A DNA stretch of 64,000 nucleotides from an uncultured bacterium (GTDB lineage Bacteria; Actinomycetota; Acidimicrobiia; Spongiisociales; UBA5794): positions 704,001-768,000 of the forward strand of contig CAWDDT010000004.1 in assembly GCA_963801165.1 (NCBI GenBank), given 5' to 3'. The position numbers and the translations under genes were made by a program. Shown piece by piece: positions 51,229 through 60,067 of the stretch; the stretch's first letter is position 1, and every line of letters starts with the position of its first letter. The notes beneath the pieces are model-generated. The model was not told the origin of the DNA. It saw nothing but the letters and a program-made list of their open reading frames with translations, and ran no database searches.

Positions 51229-52339
51229 ATGAACGACAACGATCCCCGTGCCATGATCGAGGAACTCCGCTCCCGCCTTGCCGATGCCCGGAGGTTCCTT
51301 TGACGTCGCGGGGAAAGAAGAGGAGCTAGCCGAGCTCCGCGATCTGGCGTCCGCACCCGATCTGTGGCACGACGCTGATCGCGCGCGGGAAGTCACACAG
51401 AAGCTGGCCCGGTACGAGGGGATCATCGAGAAGGTCGATGGCATTGAGGGGCGCATCGAAGACGCCGAGGTGCTCCTCGAGCTGGCTGCCGAGGAACACG
51501 ACACGCAGACGGGGAAGGAGGCGGCCGGCGAGATAGAGGGGCTCGATCGCGAGCTGACCCTTCTCGAGCGGGAGAGCCTGTTCTTCGGTGAGTATGACGA
51601 GAGGCCGGCGATCCTCAGCGTCCATGCCGGTGCCGGTGGCGTCGACGCCCAGGATTGGGCGGAGATGCTGCTCCGCATGTATGTCCGCTACCTGGAGCGC
51701 ACTCCGTTCAAGGTTGAGATCGACGAGATCCAGCCCGGTGAGGAAGCCGGGATCAAGTCGGCGACACTGACCATCAAGGGCGATCATGCGTACGGTTCTT
51801 TCGAAGGCGAGCGGGGAGTCCATCGGCTGGTACGAATCAGTCCGTTCGACTCGGCCGCTCGTCGGCACACGTCGTTTGCAGGTGTCGACGTGATCCCTGA
51901 GGTCGACGTCAGCGATGTCGAGATCAACCCCGAGGATCTGCGGATCGACACATACCGCTCGCAGGGTGCCGGCGGCCAGCACGTCAACACTTCAGATTCC
52001 GCGGTGCGAATCACCCACCTGCCGACCAACACCGTGGTTGCCTGCCAGAACGAGCGCTCCCAGCTGCAGAACAAGAACCGGGCGATGCAGATCCTGGCCG
52101 CCCGTCTCGCCGAGCTGGCGCGTCAGGACAGGCTCGACGAGATCATTTCGATCCGCGGTGAGCAAACCGAGGCGGGCTGGGGGCGCCAGATCCGCTCCTA
52201 CGTGATGCAGCCCTACCAGATGGTCAAGGATCTCCGGTCGGATGTGGAAGTGGGCAACATCAGCGGTGTCCTCGACGGCGACCTCGACCAATTCATCGAT
52301 GCCTACCTTCATTGGCGCCGGTCCCAACAGGAGGACTAG
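51229..52339 (+). CDS. prfB: Peptide chain release factor 2 with programmed +1 frameshift
   Basis: ATG 51229 reads MNDNDPRAMIEELRSRLADARRFL, then CTT TGA C (51298-51304) preceded by GGAGG. The +1 frame continues DVAGKEEE...; SPF and GGQ motifs present. Confidence 0.96.
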
Positions 52340-52354
52340 ACATCAGTTTCCAAA

Positions 52355-52375
52355 TGTGTCGCTGCAAGTGACACA
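52355..52375. promoter_or_regulatory. Inverted repeat upstream of ftsE, candidate operator
   Basis: TGTGTC-gctgcaagt-GACACA. Confidence 0.35.
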
Positions 52376-52511
52376 CGGGAACTGCCCTCCGCAACACACG
52401 TGCTTGGTCTATCTCCCCATCGCAGGTACCATTCGCAGTCGGCGGCGGAGAACGGGAGAAGTTAAACGAGACTCTTGCGACCGGTGCGCTCCGGTCCGCA
52501 GAGGGAGTTAG

Positions 52512-53446
<935 letters not shown>

Positions 53447-53447
<1 letters not shown>

Positions 53448-54328
53448 TGCGAATCACCTACGTGCTCAATGAGGCTTTCAACAACATTCGCCGCAACGGT
53501 CTGGTCGTGCTCGGAGCGGTGCTGGCGGTGTTCGTCTCGCTCTTTCTGACGTTCGGCACCCTCATCTTCGGTGAGATCGCGAGGGTCAACACCGAGCAAT
53601 GGCAACAAGATGTGCGGGTGATCGGCTTTCTCAGCAAGGACTTCACCGACGTTACGGGTCTGCAGGCGGAGATCAAGAGCTGGCCGGAGGTTGCCGAGGT
53701 GATCTACGTCAGCCCGTCCGAGGCCTACGACGAAGCCCAGCAAATGTTCGCCGACGATCCGCGCATGCTCCAGATCATCGACGATGACCCGTCGATCATC
53801 CCCGCGTCGCTGCGGGTTCGACCGATTGATCTCAACGATTACGAGACGATCAAACAGAGGATGATCAACTCGCCTGGCATCTCGGATGTGATCTCAGCCG
53901 ATGCAACCGTCCAGCAAATCGCCGCGATTCGAGACGGTTTACGCGTCTTCTTCTGGGTTCTTGCAGTCGCACTTGGGGCGGCCGCCATCGCACTCATTGC
54001 CAACACCATCCATATGGCTATTTATGCGCGCCGTGAAGAACTCGAGATCATGCATCTCGTGGGTGCCAGCAGCTGGTTTGTGAGGACACCGTTCGTGATC
54101 GAGGGTTTGTTCGAGGGTCTCCTGGGATCGGGGCTGGCTGTAGGCGCCGGCATCCTCGCGTACCGCCTCGCCAAGGATCGGCTCGCCGATCTGCCTGATT
54201 TCATCAGCCTCAACGTGCTCGGCTCGTTCATGCTCGCCAGAGGACTCATGATCGTGGTGTTCGGCGCCGTCGTCGGGGTGGTTGGCAGCAGCATCTCGCT
54301 TGCGGTCCACAAGTACGTGCGCACATGA
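53447..54328 (+). CDS. ftsX: Cell division permease FtsX
   Basis: LIANTI..AIYARREE.EIM.LVGAS.WFVR.PF..EG; four TM segments. Confidence 0.92.
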
Positions 54329-55509
54329 AACGGCTGCTCCTCTTCATTTTGGCGGTCGCAATGCTGATCCCCACGGGGGTCGCGGGAGCATGGGATCTCA
54401 ACGACGACCTGGCAACTGTCAACAAGCGGATCGATTCGCTCAACGATCAGATTGCCAATGCCAACTCGTCGCGCACCGGAGTAATCGCCGATATCGAGAA
54501 CACCAGGGACAAGCTCGAGCTGCGCCAGGCGGATCTAGCGGACACCCAATCGCAGATCGAGGACACCCAGAACCAGATAGTCGACCAGGAGCGCAACCTG
54601 AACCTGCTCAAGTTCCAGCTTCAGCAGTCGTACCAATCGCTCGCCGATACGCGAGTGAGGCTCGATGATTCCAAGCAACAGGCAAAGGCGTGGGTCCGCG
54701 CCCGCTATGTCGGCTCGACGACCAGCACCGATACGGTGGCCCTGTCGGCTGACTCCATCACTTCGCTCTATGTCGGTCTCCGATATCTGGACTATGTAGC
54801 CGCAGACAACGATCGGGCGATGCTCGAATACGAGTCGCTGCAGACCCAGGAGACCCGCCAGCAAGATCTCATCCATGGCGACGAGGACGAGGTCAACAGC
54901 ACGATCGACACGCTCGACGCGACCAAAGCCACGCTCGACGATCTGGCTGCGGAGCAAGCCAAGCTGGCCGACGAGGTAGCGGCCGATTTGGCTGATCTGA
55001 ACGCCAAGCTGGATGATGTCGATTCCACCATCTCGGAGTTCAAGAACGAGCTCGACGGTCTGCAGGAAGAGCAGGCCCGCGTCGAGCAACTCATCGAGCA
55101 GGAGGCGTCCCGCGAGGGCCAGCGGCCCGGTGTGCTCGTGCGGCCGGTACCGGGCGCCATCACGAGCGGGTTCGGGATGCGTTACCACCCGATCCTCGGG
55201 TACACACGGATGCATACCGGGGTCGACATGCATGCCGCCTACGGTGAGCCGATCAAGGCAGCGGCATCGGGGAGGATCATTTTCGCCGGGGTCCGGGGCG
55301 GCTACGGCAATTGCATCATCATCGACCATGGTGGCGGCATGACCACGCTGTACGGGCACCAGTCGAGCCTCAACGTCTCTTACGATGACCACGTGTCGGC
55401 GGGTGACGTCATCGGCTTCGTCGGTTCCTCCGGGTTGGCGACGGGCCCACATCTCCATTTCGAGGTGCGGATCAACGGTAAGCCGGTCGACCCGGCGCCG
55501 TACTTGTAG
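54325..55509 (+). CDS. Coiled-coil M23 family peptidoglycan endopeptidase (FtsEX-associated)
   Basis: Signal peptide, long coiled coil, HTGVD (HxxxD) and HLH (HxH) zinc motifs intact. Confidence 0.9.
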   Translation: MKRLLLFILAVAMLIPTGVAGAWDLNDDLATVNKRIDSLNDQIANANSSRTGVIADIENTRDKLELRQADLADTQSQIEDTQNQIVDQERNLNLLKFQLQQSYQSLADTRVRLDDSKQQAKAWVRARYVGSTTSTDTVALSADSITSLYVGLRYLDYVAADNDRAMLEYESLQTQETRQQDLIHGDEDEVNSTIDTLDATKATLDDLAAEQAKLADEVAADLADLNAKLDDVDSTISEFKNELDGLQEEQARVEQLIEQEASREGQRPGVLVRPVPGAITSGFGMRYHPILGYTRMHTGVDMHAAYGEPIKAAASGRIIFAGVRGGYGNCIIIDHGGGMTTLYGHQSSLNVSYDDHVSAGDVIGFVGSSGLATGPHLHFEVRINGKPVDPAPYL

Positions 55510-55517
55510 GGAGAGCC

Positions 55518-55970
55518 ATGCCTGGAGAGAAGGTCGTTGCCAGAAACCGCAAGGCACGCCACGACTACGAGATCATCGACACATTCGAATGCGGCATCGT
55601 GCTGCGCGGATCAGAGGTGAAGAGTCTCCGCAATGCGCAGATGGAGCTGAAGGACTCCTTTGCCGACATCCGGGACGGCGAGGTGTGGCTGGAGCGGGCG
55701 CACATCGCACCGTACGGGTTCTCGTCGGGAGGCGGGCACGACCCTGAGCGCACCCGCAAGCTGTTGCTGCATCGCACCGAGATCGACCGGCTCGTCGGCA
55801 AGGTCAACGAGGCCGGGCTGACCCTGGTGCCTCTCAGCGTCTACTTCAAGGAGGGCAAGGCCAAGGTGGAGCTTGCCCTCGTCCGGGGGCGCCGCAACTA
55901 CGACAAGCGGCAGCGGATCAGGGAGCGCGAGGAGAAGCGGGAGATGGAGAGAGCCCGCAGCCGGCGCTAG
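55518..55970 (+). CDS. smpB: SsrA-binding protein
   Basis: NRKARHDY, G.VL.GSEVKSLR, R.RKLLLHR.EI, LTLVPL, YDKR. Confidence 0.96.
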   Translation: MPGEKVVARNRKARHDYEIIDTFECGIVLRGSEVKSLRNAQMELKDSFADIRDGEVWLERAHIAPYGFSSGGGHDPERTRKLLLHRTEIDRLVGKVNEAGLTLVPLSVYFKEGKAKVELALVRGRRNYDKRQRIREREEKREMERARSRR

Positions 55971-56827
55971 CCCTCCGACCCGGTCGACATGGTCTCGAGT
56001 TGCGTGAAGATCTGCTCGACGTTGTCGATTCCCAGCTCACCGGCGATCCGGAACACGACTTTGCCTTCGGCGTCGGTCACCACCCAGAACGGGAACGCGT
56101 TCGTTCCGAATTTGGCCGCCACCTGTCCGCTCTCGTCGACGATCACCGGGAACGAGAACTGCTCGGCGTCGAGGTACTGCTCGAGCGGGTTGCCTCGCGA
56201 ATTATCAATAGCGGTGGTCACAGTGGCCAGGTCGATTCCCGGGAACCTCGCCGCATTCTCGGGCCACCAGGTGTTGAGGTCGGGGAGCTCCGCCTGGCAA
56301 TGCGGGCACCAATGAGCCCAGACCAGCCACACTCTGGCGATGCCATCGGTACCGGCGGTGTAGGTGACCTGCTGCCCGCTGTAGTACTCGGGGCCGCTGA
56401 TATCGGGGAGCTCCATTTCGGCGATGACGGCGGCGTCGTTGGAAGTGCCCTCGAACTGGGGAAGGTTGCCTGAGACGGCTGCGGTGATGGTGGCGGCGGG
56501 GGAGGCGGATGCGACAGCGGTGGCGACCTGATCGTCGAGGGCGGTCAGCTGCTCGCCGATGAGATCGATGTCGCGGCGCAGCGGTTTGAGGTCTGTGACG
56601 TCCGACTCGAGGGCAACCACTTCACGCCGGAGGTCACGCGACCGCTGCATCCCATCGAACTGGAGGCCGATCACGACGACGAGCAGAACCACAATCAGGC
56701 TTAGCAGCGGTGTGGTCCAACTGCGTGGCGGCGTCGGCTCGGATCCCTGCTTCGGCTCCGCCTCAGGAGGCGGCACAGGCTCCGGCTGGAATCCAGGCTC
56801 GGTGATCGGCGGCTGCGTTTCGTCCAT
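55967..56827 (-). CDS. Membrane-anchored TlpA/redoxin family protein
   Basis: TM, coiled coil, WAHWCPHCQAE, FPFW cis-Pro motif. Confidence 0.82.
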   Translation of the reverse strand: MDETQPPITEPGFQPEPVPPPEAEPKQGSEPTPPRSWTTPLLSLIVVLLVVVIGLQFDGMQRSRDLRREVVALESDVTDLKPLRRDIDLIGEQLTALDDQVATAVASASPAATITAAVSGNLPQFEGTSNDAAVIAEMELPDISGPEYYSGQQVTYTAGTDGIARVWLVWAHWCPHCQAELPDLNTWWPENAARFPGIDLATVTTAIDNSRGNPLEQYLDAEQFSFPVIVDESGQVAAKFGTNAFPFWVVTDAEGKVVFRIAGELGIDNVEQIFTQLETMSTGSEG

Positions 56828-56880
56828 ACGGGGAGTATGCCCTTCTTCTGAATATCACGACGAATCGCGACCCCCGATGC

Positions 56881-57420
56881 TCACGAGCTGGCCGGGGGCA
56901 GACTTTGCGTAGGAATGGCTTCGGCACCTTCGACGCCGCGCATAACCATAACGGGCTCAGCACCGGTCAGGTCGATGAGGAGGTGCTGGCTAGCGAGAAC
57001 CTGGCGCAGGTCATCGATCGAATCTGCCTGCTCGACGACGATGCCGTCGATCATGATGTTGTTGCCGCCGGGCTCACCGTCGCGGAAGTCGGTCTTGAGT
57101 GAGATGATCCGCTTGTTCATCCCCCATGCGATTCCTGCCTCGATGCAGGCCCCCTCGTCGGGAACCCGCCCGTCCAGACAGAAGACAACCAGATCGGCCG
57201 TCTTCACCTCGCGGATGTTGAGGTCGAAGATGTGGGTCCGCGCTTCGTCGAGAGTCATCCCGTCCTTCTCGATGAAGTCGGTCAGCAGCCCAACGTCGCG
57301 CTGAGGGAACCACGTGGAGTAGCCGAGTTCCTCGATCATCGCGACGACCTTGTCGTTGAACGCACGTTCGGCCTCGTTGAACAGGCTCGAGGCGTAATAA
57401 ACGCGTGGCTGGCGTGTCAT
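56881..57420 (-). CDS. Nucleoside 2-deoxyribosyltransferase / N-glycosidase family protein
   Basis: YYASSLF, FPQRD, DGRVPDEGACIEAGIA. Confidence 0.8.
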   Translation of the reverse strand: MTRQPRVYYASSLFNEAERAFNDKVVAMIEELGYSTWFPQRDVGLLTDFIEKDGMTLDEARTHIFDLNIREVKTADLVVFCLDGRVPDEGACIEAGIAWGMNKRIISLKTDFRDGEPGGNNIMIDGIVVEQADSIDDLRQVLASQHLLIDLTGAEPVMVMRGVEGAEAIPTQSLPPASS

Positions 57421-57563
57421 GTGGTCATGTCCCTTCCCCGGTCGACTACGCACCCGCGACCGTTGGTGACTCAGAGTAGCGGCAATTGGGAATCATCAGA
57501 ACTTCAGTGAGGTTGACAGTGGTCGACATCGGGTATTGTGGTGCTTGACCCGAGCCCCTTCGT

Positions 57564-57917
57564 GGGGGTGACACGGTTTCGACTGTGAGGGTTGAGGTAT
57601 CGGAAGCGAGCCGAGGAACCCCGGAGTCCTCGTTAAATTGCCGGGAAACAAATACGTGCCGACAACAATCTGGCACTGGCTGCCTAAATAAGCGGCCTGT
57701 CCGACCGGTGGGTTCCTGCCTCGCCGGACCCGGGCAACGCAATGCAGGATGCTCCCGCCTGGGAAGTCAGGACCGGCGGGTCAAGATCTAACTGACTAGG
57801 GCCTTGGGAAACTGGCCGACAGAGTCCCTTGGTCCGAAAACTCTCTGTCGGCTGCGCTCGGAGATGCCGGCGCTGAAACCTCATAGGACGGGGGTTCGAT
57901 TCCCCCCACCTCCACCA
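57564..57917 (+). ncRNA. ssrA: tmRNA; tag peptide (A)ADNNLALAA
   Basis: 5' GGGGGTG..GGTTTCGAC; 3' GGTTCGATTCC-CACCTCCACCA with G3-U alanyl acceptor stem; tag ORF GCC GAC AAC AAT CTG GCA CTG GCT GCC TAA at 57658-57687; near smpB. Confidence 0.96.
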
Positions 57918-57925
57918 CGATGGAG

Positions 57926-57958
57926 AAGCTCCCCGCCAACAATGGCGGGGAGTTCTTC
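57926..57958 (+). terminator. Hairpin terminator after ssrA
   Basis: AGCTCCCCGCCA-ACAA-TGGCGGGGAGTT followed by cttc. Confidence 0.7.
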
Positions 57959-58179
57959 ATATCAACGGTGGGAAACGATGCGTACCCGCTTATGGCGGGT
58001 ACGTTGCAGTTCGGGGGCGAACTGCCTTGTGGGTTGCGCCCGGCTCGTGTCGGACCGTCGACAAGTTCTGAGACGTCATTCGCGTCCACTGTTGCATGGT
58101 TGCCACGTCTCCAGCTTGTCGGCCGACAACACGAGGGCGGTGCACGCGGTCTGATAGCGCTCTCGTACCAAGGCTCGTA

Positions 58180-58629
58180 TCAGCGTTTGCGGCCCTGGGC
58201 CAGAGCGGCCACTGACTTGGCGATGCGGCGCTCTCTTGTCTCGGGGGCCTTGGCGCCGGCTACCTGGAGCACGTGCCAGGACCTGTCGGAGTACGAGAGG
58301 GTTTCGAACTTCGCCCGTGCATTCGGCTCGGCGTCCAGCGCCGCCGCGAAGTCTTCCGGCACCTCGACCGTGCGCGGCTGGGTGTCCACCTCGATCACTA
58401 CCGTGACGTGGTCACCGGCGGCAACCCCGGCCGCCTCGCGGTTCGCCTTGCTCAGGCTTGCCATGCTCTTGCCGTTCATGACCCCTACCGAGGTGCGGTA
58501 GGTGAATCCGTTGATGGTCACCGTGATCGGTGGCCGCTTCCCGGCACCGAGCTTTGCGACGTCGTCCGGGGGCAGCTCGATTCCGGTCGTCGTCTTGCCA
58601 GTCTGCTGGATAATTGTCTTCAGCTTCAT
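58180..58629 (-). CDS. DUF1905 + YdeI/OmpD-associated family protein
   Basis: TGIE.P, GAGKRPP..VTING.TYRTSV, VEVPED...AL, F..LSYS, AK.PETR.RRI. Confidence 0.85.
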   Translation of the reverse strand: MKLKTIIQQTGKTTTGIELPPDDVAKLGAGKRPPITVTINGFTYRTSVGVMNGKSMASLSKANREAAGVAAGDHVTVVIEVDTQPRTVEVPEDFAAALDAEPNARAKFETLSYSDRSWHVLQVAGAKAPETRERRIAKSVAALAQGRKR

Positions 58630-59336
58630 ACCCGCTCGCTCTCTGACGTGTCTGTGCGCTTGCCGACAACCGGATGAGGGACGCGCTTGTAGATGTCGAC
58701 AGAGACGATGCCCAGCCAAACCCATCCGGCGACGACACTGATCCAGAGCGCCATGACTCCGACGGCGGAGGTGGCCAGAGCCGCCCCGACGAGGAAACCG
58801 GCGATGATGATCCACGTCGAGATCCGGGAGTAGGCGGCCATCCGCATTTCGTCCTTCTGTGTGCACCACCGGCCCAGGATGAACGCGGCAACCGCCAGGC
58901 TGACGAAACCGACGGCGCCGAATGCAAGATGCAAGATGCCGCTCAGTGTCGCCTGACCGTCGGTGCTGCCTGGTGGGAAGCCACGCATCGGGTCTGGTGT
59001 GAAGATCCCGCTGCCGATTAGACACGCCGCATAGACAGTGAGCAAGTTGGATGTAGAGCGAGTTCGTGGCGAACCCGCCAATGCCCTCCGAAACCCGAAC
59101 GCGGCAGCGATCACCATCGCTCCGGTGATGATCAGGTTGGCTCGCTGTAGCCAACCGTAGTCACCGATTGTGAGCAGGCTGAGCGCATGCCGGGAGAAGT
59201 CGAATCCAGTGCGAGTCAAACCGAGCCCGATCCCGACGACCAGGTAGAACACCCCCGACAGCACGCCGTATCCGAGCAGCGATCGGGTCACCGCCGCTGC
59301 CCCGTCGAAGCCCCGCGCCGTGTCATGGTTGGTCAT
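58626..59336 (-). CDS. DUF998 family membrane protein
   Basis: GFDFSRHALSLL..G..GWLQ, F.PDP..GFPPG, LH. GGAGG RBS. Confidence 0.8.
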   Translation of the reverse strand: MTNHDTARGFDGAAAVTRSLLGYGVLSGVFYLVVGIGLGLTRTGFDFSRHALSLLTIGDYGWLQRANLIITGAMVIAAAFGFRRALAGSPRTRSTSNLLTVYAACLIGSGIFTPDPMRGFPPGSTDGQATLSGILHLAFGAVGFVSLAVAAFILGRWCTQKDEMRMAAYSRISTWIIIAGFLVGAALATSAVGVMALWISVVAGWVWLGIVSVDIYKRVPHPVVGKRTDTSESERV

Positions 59337-59363
59337 ATCAGGGCTCCCTCCCGAAGTAGTTGT

Positions 59364-59399
59364 TACACTGAGGAGGGCAATACTGTACTCGCTAGTGTA
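59364..59399. promoter_or_regulatory. Two candidate TetR operators (consensus TACACT-N4-AGTGTA), 20 bp apart
   Basis: TACACT-gagg-AGGGCA (59364) and TGTACT-cgct-AGTGTA (59384) between the divergent DUF998 and tetR genes. Confidence 0.55.
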
Positions 59400-59418
59400 A
59401 TAAGTCAAGGAGTTCGGC

Positions 59419-60060
59419 TTGAGTCGGGGAACTACGTCAATCGATCCGCGGATCGAACGTTCGCGGGCGGCCATCATTCCCGCAGCTATCGAGACCTTCC
59501 TAGCCAACGGCTACCAGGCAACCAACGTCGACGAGATCGCGGCGGCAGCTCGGGTCTCTAAGAGAACCATCTACAACATCTTCGGCGACAAGGAGCGGTT
59601 GTTCCGGGAGATCATTGCCGAGACGTTTGCCGCCGCAGAGGCCTTCTCATCCGAGGTGGCGGAGTCGCTGGTCGCGACCGACGACATCCGGGCCACTCTC
59701 GAAGCTGCAGCCATCCAGCTGGCGGCGATCGTACTGAGCGACCGGGTGATGAGACTACGTCGTCTCCTCATCGGGGAGGCAGAGCGATTCCCCGAACTGG
59801 CATCCGAGTACTACGCCCGTGCCCCGGGGCGAGTCATCTCGGTCATCGCGGGGGCGTTCGAGGATCTCGGCAACAGAGGTCTTCTCCAGATCGACGACCC
59901 GCTTCTGGCCGCCGAGCAGTTTGCCTACCTCGTAGTTGGAGCGCAGATCGATCGTGCTCTGTTCCACACACAGCGGCTCGCCCCATCCGACGACGACATC
60001 ACCGCGCGGGCCCGTTACGGCGTAGCTACGTTCCTGAAGGCACACCAGCCGGACCGGTGA
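59419..60060 (+). CDS. TetR/AcrR family transcriptional regulator
   Basis: F..NGY..T.VDEIAA.A.VSKRTIYN.F.DKE.LF HTH; EAERFPEL. Confidence 0.92.
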   Translation: MSRGTTSIDPRIERSRAAIIPAAIETFLANGYQATNVDEIAAAARVSKRTIYNIFGDKERLFREIIAETFAAAEAFSSEVAESLVATDDIRATLEAAAIQLAAIVLSDRVMRLRRLLIGEAERFPELASEYYARAPGRVISVIAGAFEDLGNRGLLQIDDPLLAAEQFAYLVVGAQIDRALFHTQRLAPSDDDITARARYGVATFLKAHQPDR

Positions 60061-60067
60061 TCTGCGG

